From Bacteroidia bacterium (GTDB lineage Bacteria > Bacteroidota > Bacteroidia > UKL13-3): a stretch of 56,866 nt of DNA. Both the position numbers and the translations under genes were made by a program. The stretch lies in NCBI GenBank assembly GCA_034676125.1, contig JAUCCO010000004.1:1-56866 (forward strand). The letters run 5' to 3'. Positions 1 to 11,400 of the stretch are shown piece after piece; the stretch's first letter is position 1, and every line of letters begins with the position of its first letter. Below the pieces are notes generated by a model. That model worked only from the letters and a program-made list of their open reading frames with translations, did not search any database and was not told the DNA's origin.

Positions 1-867
1 AACGAACTTTTACCGGGCTACACGCACTTTCAACTTGCAATGCCATCTTCTTTTGGGTTGTGGTTTGGCGCTTATGCAGAAAGTTTGGTTGATGATATGG
101 AGTGGTTACAAGCGGCATACAACATCAGCAATAAAAACCCTTTAGGTTCGGGCGCAGGTTATGGGTCATCTTTTCCGCTTGATAGAAAACTTACTACTGA
201 TTTATTGCATTTTGAAACCATGAATTATAATGCAGTGTATGCACAAATGACACGTGGTAAAACAGAAAAAGCAATGGCTACTGCAATGGCAGCAGTAGCT
301 GCAACACTTTCAAAATTTGCTTATGATGTATGTTTATACATGAATCAGAATTTTGCTTTTATCACCTTTCCGGATGAATTAACTACAGGTTCGAGCATTA
401 TGCCGCACAAAAAAAACCCTGATGTATTTGAATTAATTCGTGCAAAATGTAACCGCATACAAGCCTTGCCAAACGAGCTTACTTTGTTAATAAACAACTT
501 GCCATCTGGCTACCACAGAGACCTACAGCTTACTAAAGAAATTGTTTTTCCGGCAATACAAGAGCTTTCTTCTTGTTTGGAAATTACGCACTTTATGTTG
601 CAGCACATTAAAATTTCAAAAAATATTTTGCAGCAACCTGGTTACGAAAGTTTATTTAGTGTTGAGCGTGTAAATGAATTGGTGTTAAGTGGTATTCCGT
701 TTCGTGATGCATACAAACAAGTTGGGTTAGAGATTGAATCAGGAACTTTTACTGCTCCTACAAAATTAAATCATACGCATGAAGGTAGTATGGGCAATTT
801 GTGTAATGAAAATATCACCCAACAAATGCAAAAATTTAATACGCTTTTTGAGGTAAAGGAAGGATAA
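1..867 (+). CDS. argH: Argininosuccinate lyase (5'-truncated by window edge)
   Basis: Frame is open from base 1 (NELLPGYTHFQLAMP). Contains the fumarase/ASL signature TGSSIMPHKKNPD and GYHRDLQ. Confidence 0.95.
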   Translation, partial: NELLPGYTHFQLAMPSSFGLWFGAYAESLVDDMEWLQAAYNISNKNPLGSGAGYGSSFPLDRKLTTDLLHFETMNYNAVYAQMTRGKTEKAMATAMAAVAATLSKFAYDVCLYMNQNFAFITFPDELTTGSSIMPHKKNPDVFELIRAKCNRIQALPNELTLLINNLPSGYHRDLQLTKEIVFPAIQELSSCLEITHFMLQHIKISKNILQQPGYESLFSVERVNELVLSGIPFRDAYKQVGLEIESGTFTAPTKLNHTHEGSMGNLCNENITQQMQKFNTLFEVKEG

Positions 868-897
868 TAAATACTGAAATTGACTTTACTTTATACC

Positions 898-929
898 ATC
901 CCTCATCAACAAACTGATGGGGGATTTTT
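898..929 (+). terminator. Intrinsic terminator between convergent argH and murQ
   Basis: ATCCCTCATCA-loop-TGATGGGGGAT stem followed by a T-run. Confidence 0.7.
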
Positions 930-945
930 GTATCAAACCAAAAAA

Positions 946-1845
946 CTATTTATTAAGATTTAAACCTTTAACGGCTTCAATTGCTTTGCGCACATTACCA
1001 TAAGTTCTTAATAATAACGTTGCATTATTTTCATCCACTTTTAAATCATCCATAATCATTTTTGCACCACGTTTTATCAGCTTATTGTTTGATGGTGTCA
1101 TGTCTACCATTTTATTGCCTACAACTCGTCCAAGCTTAATCATTAAAGCAGTACTAATCATATTTAAAACTAACTTTTGTGCAGTGCCACTTTTCATTCT
1201 GGTACTACCTGTTACAAACTCAGCACCTACTATTACTTCAATGGGAAATTGTGCAACATTGGCCAACTTACTTCCTTTGTTACACACCACGCAACCTGTT
1301 AAAACACCTGCTTTATTTGCTTCGGTTAATGCACCAATAACATACGGTGTACTACCACTAGCAGCAATTCCAATTAACACATCTTTTTTGGTAATTTTAT
1401 GCGCTTTTAAATCTTTCCAACCTTGTTTTTCATCATCTTCGGCAAACTCAACTGCTTTTCTAATTGCAGCATCTCCACCAGCAATTAAGCCAATCACCAA
1501 ATCAAACGGAACACCAAAAGTTGGTGGACATTCGCTTGCATCAACTATACCTAATCTGCCGCTTGTGCCTGCTCCAATGTAAAATAATCTTCCTCCATTT
1601 TGCATACGTTCAAAAGCAGCATCAACCAAATTTTTAACTTTTGGCAATACTTTTTCTACTGCAACTGGCACCAATTTATCCTCATCGTTTATATTACTAA
1701 GTAATTGTTTGGTGCTCATTTTTTCTAAATTATTGTACTTAGATGATTGTTCGGTAGTGCGTTTATCTTTAGCAGAAGCGTCTTTTTTTACTGGCTTACT
1801 TAAGGCAATTTTAGTTTTTTTAAGGGATGATTTTTTTATGGCCAT
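946..1845 (-). CDS. murQ: N-acetylmuramic acid 6-phosphate etherase
   Basis: GAGTSGRLG, DASECPPTFG, TGSTRMKSGTAQKLVLNM. Start placed at ATG 1845 rather than the longest ORF start at 1947. Confidence 0.93.
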   Translation of the reverse strand: MAIKKSSLKKTKIALSKPVKKDASAKDKRTTEQSSKYNNLEKMSTKQLLSNINDEDKLVPVAVEKVLPKVKNLVDAAFERMQNGGRLFYIGAGTSGRLGIVDASECPPTFGVPFDLVIGLIAGGDAAIRKAVEFAEDDEKQGWKDLKAHKITKKDVLIGIAASGSTPYVIGALTEANKAGVLTGCVVCNKGSKLANVAQFPIEVIVGAEFVTGSTRMKSGTAQKLVLNMISTALMIKLGRVVGNKMVDMTPSNNKLIKRGAKMIMDDLKVDENNATLLLRTYGNVRKAIEAVKGLNLNK

Positions 1846-1926
1846 GGTGTAAAATTTTGTTGTGGTTAATATGGTTTTAAAAATAAAACAACTTACAAAA
1901 AACCTTGATTGGGCAAGTTGTGTTGT

Positions 1927-1934
1927 TATCTTTG
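1927..1934 (+). promoter_or_regulatory. Bacteroidota primary-sigma -7 element
   Basis: TATCTTTG matches TAnnTTTG, 22 nt before the S41 ATG. Confidence 0.6.
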
Positions 1935-1956
1935 AAACCTTACACAAATAACCTCA

Positions 1957-3570
1957 ATGAAAAAAAATATTTGGCAACCTTTTATATACGCATTGTTAAT
2001 AGCTAGTGGTATTTTATTAGGCATGTGGCTAAAACCCAATACAGATGGTGGTTTGTTTGTATTTAAAAACAAAAGTAAAACAGGCCAAATTCTTAATATC
2101 ATTAACCAAGCTTATGTTGATTCGGTTAATACAGACAGTCTGGAAGAAATTGCCATTCAAGAATTACTTACACAGTTAGATCCACACAGTGTTTACATAC
2201 CAGCTAAAGATTTAAAGTTAGCCAACGAAGGTTTAGAAGGTAACTTTGAAGGTGTTGGAATTGAATTTAGTATTTTGGATGATACTATTTTGGTTGCAAA
2301 TGTGCTAAAAAACGGACCTGCAGAAGGTGTTGGTGTATTAGCTGGAGACCGCATTATACAAGTGGATACAGCAAACGTTGCTGGTGTGGGTATCTCAAAC
2401 GAGCAAGTATTTAAACTACTTAGGGGCAATGCGGGTACCAGTGTTATGGTGCATTTATTTAGACCCGATGGCAAAAGAAAAATTACTTACAAAATAGCAC
2501 GTGGCCAAATTCCTATTTATAGTGTTGATGCGGCTTTAATGTTAAACAACAATACGGGTTATATTAAGATTGAACGTTTTGGGGCCACCACGCATCAAGA
2601 GTTTGTAGATGCATTAGAGAAACTTCAGGCCCAACAATTAAAAAACCTAATTTTAGATTTACGTAATAACCCGGGCGGATATTTAAGTGCTGCTACCAGT
2701 ATTGCTGATGAGTTTTTAGATGATAAAAAACTAATTGTATACACGCAAGGCAGAAGCCACGACAAGGTAGAATACAATGCTGAAAACATGGGCAGTTTTG
2801 AATCGGGAAAGCTAATAGTTTTAATTGATGAAGGAAGTGCAAGCGCAAGCGAAATTGTTAGTGGTGCTATACAAGATTGGGACCGTGGCGTAATTTTAGG
2901 CAGACGAAGTTTTGGTAAAGGATTGGTGCAAGAGCCTTTTCAATTAAAAGATGGCTCGGCTATACGATTAACTGTTTCGCGTTATTATACACCAGCAGGT
3001 CGTTGTATTCAAAAAAGCTATGCCATAGGTGCGGCTGAGTATCAAAATGAAATTAGTCACCGTTATCAAGATGGTGAAGTGAATGATAGTACCAAACAAA
3101 AAATTGCTGATAGTACCATTTACAAAACCCAAAACGGACGCACTGTTTATGGCGGTGGAGGTATTACTCCAGATGTATTTGTACCAGTTGATACCAGCTA
3201 TATTAACCATTTTTATATTGCCCTATTTGAACAAAGTTTATTAAGTAGGTTTACTTATAATTACATGGATACAAACAGAAAATTATTGAGTGCAAAATAT
3301 AAAAACCCTGGGGTTTATAATGCTGCTTTTAGTGTGGATGATGTGATGTGGAATAACTTCGTTACTTATATGAAACAAAATAGTAGCAACAAGTTTAGCA
3401 ATGCAGATATAGTGCAATCTAGCAAACAAGTTAAACTACTTTTAAAAGCTATGATTGCCCGACAAATGTGGCGCGATGAAGGCTATTTTACCGTGCTTAG
3501 CAGTGAGGATAAAATGATTAGAAAAGCCATTGAAACTTTTGCTAATAACTACGATAAATTGTTGCACTAA
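1957..3570 (+). CDS. S41 family C-terminal processing peptidase (PDZ + peptidase)
   Basis: N-terminal membrane anchor, LDPHS, PDZ GVGI, DLRNNPGG, SASASEIVSGA, SFGKGLVQ. Confidence 0.92.
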   Translation: MKKNIWQPFIYALLIASGILLGMWLKPNTDGGLFVFKNKSKTGQILNIINQAYVDSVNTDSLEEIAIQELLTQLDPHSVYIPAKDLKLANEGLEGNFEGVGIEFSILDDTILVANVLKNGPAEGVGVLAGDRIIQVDTANVAGVGISNEQVFKLLRGNAGTSVMVHLFRPDGKRKITYKIARGQIPIYSVDAALMLNNNTGYIKIERFGATTHQEFVDALEKLQAQQLKNLILDLRNNPGGYLSAATSIADEFLDDKKLIVYTQGRSHDKVEYNAENMGSFESGKLIVLIDEGSASASEIVSGAIQDWDRGVILGRRSFGKGLVQEPFQLKDGSAIRLTVSRYYTPAGRCIQKSYAIGAAEYQNEISHRYQDGEVNDSTKQKIADSTIYKTQNGRTVYGGGGITPDVFVPVDTSYINHFYIALFEQSLLSRFTYNYMDTNRKLLSAKYKNPGVYNAAFSVDDVMWNNFVTYMKQNSSNKFSNADIVQSSKQVKLLLKAMIARQMWRDEGYFTVLSSEDKMIRKAIETFANNYDKLLH

Positions 3571-3610
3571 TTAAGATAAAAAACAGACTTATTTTTACTT
3601 GTTAATTCTT

Positions 3611-3662
3611 TAAATACTCATCCACCAAAAATATTTTAAGTTTGGCAGATGAGTGTTTTTTT
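3611..3662. terminator. Probable terminator between convergent S41 gene and ftcD
   Basis: ACTCATC...GATGAGT inverted repeat followed by a T-run. Confidence 0.55.
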
Positions 3663-5353
3663 TATGCAATAGCTACTTCAACTTTGGCAATTAATGCATC
3701 TGCCTCGATATGGTTTTTTTCTAATAATTGTTTTGCTTTGGTTTTTATTTGCTCTGCATAATCACGGTCTTTTAACCCTTGTGCATTTACCAAAACATTA
3801 AAATAAGCGCCACGCACGGCAGTTTTAACACATAATACACCAACACCTGCATCGGTAATGCTATTGGGGTTTCCTTGCAAAATCATAGCACTTAACATGG
3901 GCATAATACTATAAGCTGTTTCCATTACTTTAAACGGAATTTCACATGCATATTTAGTGGCATCTTCAATTGCTTGCGAACGTATTTTTTTCTCTTCATC
4001 GTTAGATTTTGGCAAACCAAATGCATCCATAATTTTATTAAACGCATTGGTATCTTCATCAACCAAAGTCAATAAAGTATTTTTTACCTCCTGACCTTGT
4101 TGTGCAAAATCACTAAACAATGTAACCCTATCTTCCCAACCACGTTTACCAGCACTTAAGTTTGCCACCATAGTGCCCAATGCAGCACCCAAACTACCAA
4201 CATATGCACTTATACTTCCACCACCTGGGGCAGGACTTTCGCTTGCGGTTTCATCTGCAAAACCACGTAAATCCATACGAATTAATCGTTCTGTTTTTGC
4301 ATTACGTAATTTGTATTCTATAATTTTTTGTTCAGGTATAAAAGGTGCTAGTTCATCTAAGCCCAAACTTTTTACTGCTATATGAATCAATTCTTTTTCG
4401 CTAACACCAATACTTCTTCCTTGCTTTTGCAGATAATGTTTTCCGGCATCCAATAAAGAACTAAGCGGAACCAAACCTACAATTTCGCTACCCGTAACAC
4501 GCATTCCACGATTTTGAGCACACCTACTTACCTCATCAAACGCTTGATAAACTGAGGTAACTTTATAGTTAGTTAAATTCATCGAAATTTGTGCAACATC
4601 ATATTCTTCAATAAACCAACCTATGGCTTTTACTGATTTTAAAGTTCCAGGAATACGCACCTCATTTCCATCCGCATCTTTAACCACTTTACCTGTTATC
4701 GGATTTCCATCACGTTTTACTCGCCCAGCTTCACGCACATCAAACGCAACACTATTTGCCAATCTAACTGATTTTGTATTGAGGTTAACATTGTAAGCAA
4801 TTAAAAAATCGCGTACGCCAATAACCGTTCCTCCAGCTTTTTGATTAAATATTGCAGGACCAAAATCAGGCTTCCATTCGGGTAATTTTATCTTATCAAA
4901 AAACCCTTCGTACTCACCCGCTCTTATCACCGATAAATTATTACGTGAAGGGTTGGGTTGTGCATCTTCGTATAAATACACTGGAATATTTAGCTCCTCA
5001 CCTACTCGTTTTGCTAGCTTTTGTGCGTAAACAATAGCCTCTTCTATAGTAATTCCACTAATGGGTATAAGCGGACAAACATCAGTAGCACCCATACGAG
5101 GATGTTCACCTTTATGTTTACTCATATCAATTAATTCAGCCGCTTTTTTGATGGCCAAATAAGCAGCTTCAATCACCACATCTGGATGTCCTACAAAAGT
5201 TACCACAGTGCGGTTGGTTGCTTTACCTGCATCCACGTCAAGCAGCATTACACCTTCTACACTTTCAATTTGGTTAGTTATTTGTTTTATTATATTTAAA
5301 TCAATGCCTTCACTAAAATTAGGCACACATTCTATCAATGCATTTTTATCCAT
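3662..5353 (-). CDS. ftcD: Bifunctional glutamate formiminotransferase / formiminotetrahydrofolate cyclodeaminase
   Basis: IECVPNFSEG, HPRMGATDVCP, and C-terminal cyclodeaminase ASESPAPGGGS. Start at MDKNAL. Confidence 0.92.
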   Translation of the reverse strand: MDKNALIECVPNFSEGIDLNIIKQITNQIESVEGVMLLDVDAGKATNRTVVTFVGHPDVVIEAAYLAIKKAAELIDMSKHKGEHPRMGATDVCPLIPISGITIEEAIVYAQKLAKRVGEELNIPVYLYEDAQPNPSRNNLSVIRAGEYEGFFDKIKLPEWKPDFGPAIFNQKAGGTVIGVRDFLIAYNVNLNTKSVRLANSVAFDVREAGRVKRDGNPITGKVVKDADGNEVRIPGTLKSVKAIGWFIEEYDVAQISMNLTNYKVTSVYQAFDEVSRCAQNRGMRVTGSEIVGLVPLSSLLDAGKHYLQKQGRSIGVSEKELIHIAVKSLGLDELAPFIPEQKIIEYKLRNAKTERLIRMDLRGFADETASESPAPGGGSISAYVGSLGAALGTMVANLSAGKRGWEDRVTLFSDFAQQGQEVKNTLLTLVDEDTNAFNKIMDAFGLPKSNDEEKKIRSQAIEDATKYACEIPFKVMETAYSIMPMLSAMILQGNPNSITDAGVGVLCVKTAVRGAYFNVLVNAQGLKDRDYAEQIKTKAKQLLEKNHIEADALIAKVEVAIA

Positions 5354-5404
5354 AATGTTAATTTTTACCAATTATTTAATGCCGCAAATTAATGCATAAA
5401 AAAC

Positions 5405-5431
5405 AAAAAAGCCCCCCGAAATTCGAGAGGC
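5405..5431 (-). terminator. Intrinsic terminator of the large T9SS gene
   Basis: Minus strand reads GCCTCTCGAA-T-TTCGGGGGGC-TTTTTT. Confidence 0.7.
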
Positions 5432-5456
5432 CTTTCATAAAATATATTATTTAGAA

Positions 5457-8400
5457 TTATTGTTTAATCATCTTAACCACTTTGGTGTTACCTAATGTAC
5501 TTATGCGTACAAAGTAAACGCCTTGGCTTAGGGTTGATAATTCGTTAATTGTTAAGGTTTGATTGCCGTTATCAATTGTTTGATTTACCGAATACATTAA
5601 TCTTCCACTTAAATCCATTACTTCTATTGTAGCTACACCAGCTTTTGCATCGCTAATGGTTACTGTTAATTTATCGTTAAATGGATTTGGATAAGCAGTG
5701 ATTTCTGATGTTAATGCTTCTGTATTAACAACTGGTACTACTGTGCTGTATTCAAATTTACCGTTTTCATCTAATTGTTGTATGCGGTAGTATAATTTGT
5801 TTACACCTGTTACTGCAAATGCATCTTTATCTGTTGACACATAGTTGGTGCGGCTTGCGTTGTTTGATCCTTTTACAAAGTTTACAACTTCAAACGTTTT
5901 ACCATCAATACTACGTTCAACATTAAATCCTGCATTGTTTTTCTCGCTTACAGTTATCCAGCTTAAACGAACATCAGCATTTTGTTTCTCAGCAGTAAAG
6001 CTAAGTAATTTAACTGGCGTAGTTGTAGTGCTAGAGTTAATACCCGAAGCAAAGTTAATATGCATGTATTTACCATTAAACTCGTACACATCAAATGTGT
6101 AACCTGTAGCAGCAGTTAAGCCTGTAACATTTACACTTGTACCGTTACCCATGTAAACTATATAGTTACCTGTACCAGTTGTATTGGTTGAACCATAAAC
6201 TGCACTTGCACCATACATGGTGTTATTAGTAGGAGCAACAGCCAACACAGATGTTAAACGTGCCACTACCATACGGCCAGTACCGTTACCCGCAGTAAAC
6301 GAAACGTTTGCTGAAGTAAGAGCTGGCGTAGCTGTAACATTGCTTGCAGCTATTGTAGGTGTTACTACATTTACTACTTCAATATCATCTATTGCCCAAC
6401 CTTCGTCTGTTACATAAGCATCTGCAATAAAACGGAAACGGAAGCGGACATTTGATTGACCAGCAGCACCAGTTAATTTGAAAGCACTTTCTATCCAACC
6501 ATTTGTTTGACTGCTATAAACAGATGCAGAACCTAAGTCTGTAGAGAAATAAGGTGCAACAGATGAAGCTCCAGTATTTGTAATATTAGTATTATACCAA
6601 CTGTAACTAGCCGTTGAGTTAAAGTTTCCGCCAGTACCAACAGTACTATCAGCACGTCTCCAGAAACCACCGTTTATTGAAACTTCTACAATTAAACCAT
6701 CCCATTCTGTTTCGCATTTAAATTTATGGTTGAAACGAACGATTGGATCTGAGGTAAGTGCACCAAAGTTAAACTGAGGCGATACTACTGATGCATCATG
6801 ATCGGTATCATAATCGCCAGTGGTTTTGGTTACCCAAGCTTTAGTTCCACTCTTAGCTCCAGACAAATACGTTTTTGCAGGAGTTCCTAAAACCCAGTTG
6901 TTGTATGTTGCCAAACCAACAATCCAGTTAACGTTTGAATTGGTTGATGTTAGCATTGAACCCCAACCTGTATTACCTGTACCTTCAAAATTTTGGGCGT
7001 ATGGTAAAGTACTAATTATAGGAGCGGTTGTAAAACTATCTTCAACACTATATGCAGTACCCACTGCATTAGTTGCGTATGCACGGTAGTAATATTTAGT
7101 AGAGTGTGTTAAGCCAGCAGGGTTTATACTGAATAAACCTGTTGTTACTGCTGGACTTGTTGTAGAATCAACTACACCAGAACCAAACAATATTGGCAGA
7201 GGAGTTGTGCTATAAACAACACCACTAGCAAATACAGTAGAACCACCATCAGATGTGATATTACCACCAACAGTTGCTACTGTTGCATTAACATTAGTAG
7301 CGGCAACTCTTACCACTGTAGGTATTACAGCAGATGCATTGGTTGTAAATGAACTATCTGCCCCATAACTTGTACCAATTCCATTAACTGCATAAGCACG
7401 ATAGTAATAAGTGGTTGCAGCAAATAAATTGGCCACATTTTTTGTATATGTACCGCCTGTAACTATTGGATTAGTTGCAGAATCAATTACACCAAATCCA
7501 CCACGAACCGGAGCTGGTGAAGTAGAAATAACAAAACCGCTTGCAGTTACAGCGTTACCGCCATCGTTGCTAATATTACCCGCTAAGGTAACGGCAGCAT
7601 TGGTGATGTTGGTTTTTGTACCTGTAGCAACACTCGGTGCTGCTGGTGCAAATACTTCAATATCGTCAATTGCCCAACCTTCTCTATTGCCAGTGCCATC
7701 TGATCCAAAACGGAAACGGATTTTAACATTTGATTGTCCCGTTGCACCTACTAATGAGGTAACAGAAGTAATCCAACCATTTACCTGGCTTGCATATCCT
7801 GCAGACCCACCTGGATCCCCAGTAAATTTAGCTGGCGTAATTGGACCAGAACCACTTGAACTATTATACCAAGCAGTACTTAAAGTGGTATTAAAGTTTG
7901 TACCTGTACCAACATTGTTATCCAACTTGGTCCAAGCACCACCATTTACTGACATTTCAACTACCAATGCATCCCAACCAGTTTCAGATTGAAACTTATG
8001 TTTAAACCTTAATATTGGACTTGCTGTTGCTGTTGTAAAGTCAAATTGTGGTGAAACTACTGCAGCATTTTGGGAATTATCATAGTTGCCAGTTAAACTA
8101 GTTACCCATGCATTTGGCGCTGAAGCAGCTCCATTTAAGAAGGTTTTTGCTGGAGTTCCGAGTACCCAGTTATTAGCTGTTCCTGTTACTATTGCACTAC
8201 TCCATCCTGTATTTCCAGCAGCATCAAAGTTTTGCATATAAGGTAAATTACTTACCACTGGAGAAGTAATAAAACTATCTTCAACACTATATGCAGTACC
8301 AACAGCGTTGGTTGCATAAGCACGGTAATAATATTTGGTTGAATGTGTTAAGCCAGCAGGGTTTACACTAAATAAACCTGTAGTAACTGCCGGATTTGTT

Positions 8401-11400
8401 GTAGAATCAACTACACCAGTTCCAAACAAAGCTGGATTAGGCGTTGTACCATAAACCACACCACTTGCAAATACAGCCGAACCACCATCAGAAGTGATGT
8501 TACCACCTAAAGTTGCACTATATGCAAGTAAGTTACTTGCTGCTATTTTAACAACAGTTGGTATTACAGCTGCTGCATTTGTTGTAAACGTACTATCTGC
8601 ACCATAACTTGTACCAACTCCATTAACTGCGTATGCACGATAATAATAAGTTGTGGCTAAATATAAATCGGTTACGTTTACAGTAAATGTACCTCCTTTA
8701 ATCAGTGGGTTAGTTGCAGAATCAATTACGCCAAAACCACCACGAACGGGAGTTGGCGATGTAGAAATTACTACTCCACTTGCTGTTATAGTGTTACCAC
8801 CATCATTAGTAATATTACCTGCTAAGGTAACACTTGAGGTAGTAACATTAGTATGTGTACCAGTTGCAACTGTTGGGGCTGCTGGAGCAAATACTTCAAT
8901 ATCATCTATTGCCCAACCTTCGAATGTATAAGGATCTGCAGCAAAACGGAAGCGTATCTTAACATTACTTTGGCCATTTGCTCCAACAAGTGAAACTGTA
9001 GATACAATCCAACCGTTTGTATTTGACGAATAATTAGTGCTATTTCCTGAGAAATTATTTGCATCTAAAGCTAGATATGAATTTGTATTATTATACCAAG
9101 AAGTAGCCAATGGCGTATTAAAGTTTGTTCCTGTACCTACTACATTATTTACCTTAGTCCACGTACCATTATTAATTGATATTTCTACAACACCACCATC
9201 ATAACCATCTTCAGTATTAAACTTATGTTTAAAACGTAATATTGGAGCTGCGGTTAATGTGCTAAAATCCATTTGTGGTGATACCACCGCAGAGTTTTGA
9301 TTACTACTGCTATAAGTTCCTGTAAGATTAGTAACCCATGCATTTGGAGCTGAATACGCTCCATTCAAAATTGTTTTAGCTGGAGTACCAAGAACCCAAT
9401 CGTTTGTATTGTATGTTACTATTCCTGAACTCCAACCTGTATTGCCTGCAGAATCAAAGTTTTGCAAGTATGGTAAAGTACTAATTACTGGAGCGGTGAT
9501 AAAACTATCTTCAACACTATATGCAGTACCAATAGAGTTGGTTGCATAAGCACGGTAATAGTATTTGGTTGAATGTGTTAAACCAACAGGATTGATACTA
9601 AATAAACCAGCTGTTACTGCAGGGGTTGTTGTAGAATCAACTACACCAAAACCAAACAATGCTGGATTAGGTGTTGTGCTATAAACCACACCACTTGCAA
9701 ATACTGGGTCGCCACCATTTGAGGTAATATTACCACCTAAAGTTGCACTATAGGCTTGTACGTTTGTTGCCGCAGTTCTAAGAACTGTTGGTACTACACT
9801 AGCAGAGTTTGTAGTAAATGAACTATCAGCACCATAGGTAGTTCCAATTGCATTTGTTGCATAAGCACGGTAGTAATAAGTTGTTCCCAATGTTAAACCT
9901 GCAACATTTACTGAAAATGCTCCCATACCAACGTTTGGATTTGAAGCAGAATCAATAACACCAAAAGCGCCACGTACAGGCGATGGTGATGTACTTACAA
10001 CAACACCACTAACCGATACTGCTGCACCACCATCTGCTGTAATATTTCCAGAAAGTGTAGCACCTGATGTAGTAATATTAGCTTTATTACCTGTAGCAAC
10101 TATTGGTGCTTGTGCTACTTCTACTTTTATATCATCTATTGATAAGTAGTAAGGATTTCCAGCATCAACAACTTTAAAGGCAAACCTATAAATTCCTGTA
10201 GTAGTAGGCGTAAACGAACCGGTTAATTTTTGATAAGTAGTATTAGATGGCTGTATTAAAGTTGCACCTGGTAATAATGTTGCAGATGCTGCATTAGGTG
10301 CGGTAGCTACGTATAAAGACACAGAATCCCAGCTTGAAGCATAACCATCAGTAACAAACCAAGTTGAAAACGAATAAGTAACTCCTTGTGTAAGTTTAAG
10401 TCCTTTTGTAAAGATAAAATCATTACAATAATACCTAAAACTTGCAAATTTATTACCAGTACGTGCCGCTTGGTTATAATTTGCTTGGGCTGCTGTATAA
10501 GTATAAACTACTGAACCAAGATTAGTGGCTTCCATACAAGCAGGTAATTGATTATTTGCAGTTATGCTTTCAAAGCCTTCTTCGTAGGCATTTGTAGGTG
10601 TAACTTCAAATATATCGGTTTTAATTTTAATAGGTAAACTGTATGCTGGTGTACCAAACGAACAAGTAATTTCGCAACGGAAAAATAACGAATCAGTTGT
10701 TAAAACAGAAGTATAGCTAGCGTTAGTATCATTTGTAAGGTTAGTAAATACAAGACTATCGGTAGATGATTGCCACTGGTAAGTAATACCGGTTCCTATA
10801 GATGCACCTGATAAACCAAGTGAGAAACTATTTCCTGGACAAGTAAGCACTGCACTTGATGTGGTGGTGCCACCTGTAACTGGATTAGAACAAGGTGTTG
10901 GTGGAAAATAAGAAAACCTAATTTGTGGCTTGGTAGTGTTTGCAGCAGTAGTAGTAGATGTACAAGCTGCGGGACCAGAATCTGTTCTGTAATACCTAGA
11001 TCCATTAGTTGTAGATGCAGCAATGGTACGAACACCGCCATAAGGTGAAGTAAAAGGATTTGGACCATTGGTACAAATATTTACCAAAATATTATCTGAG
11101 CCATTCCAAATAAAATTATTATCAAAAGCAATGGTATCAAAGTTACCAGCAGTAACTACGGTAGGGTTATAACTAAATGCATTTTTAACTACAGATACCG
11201 CAGATGCATTATGCGCAGCAGAATTTGTTGCTGAGGTATGCCCCATACTAATGGTATAACCTAATAAGTTACCACCACCATAATCTTCGGATACTGACCA
11301 TCCTAAACTGGTAATATTAGCACCAGCAGGTAAACCCGCTGTGGTTAATTCTGCCGCGGTGTACACCACTTGGTAACGCATTTTTGCAAAGTATGCATCT

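Noticed and set aside
6380-10110. Repeated 20-30-mers as a CRISPR array or DGR template/variable repeat
   Set aside because: Spacing is about 1.24 kb inside one ORF, differences are not adenine-specific, and there is no cas or reverse transcriptase gene.
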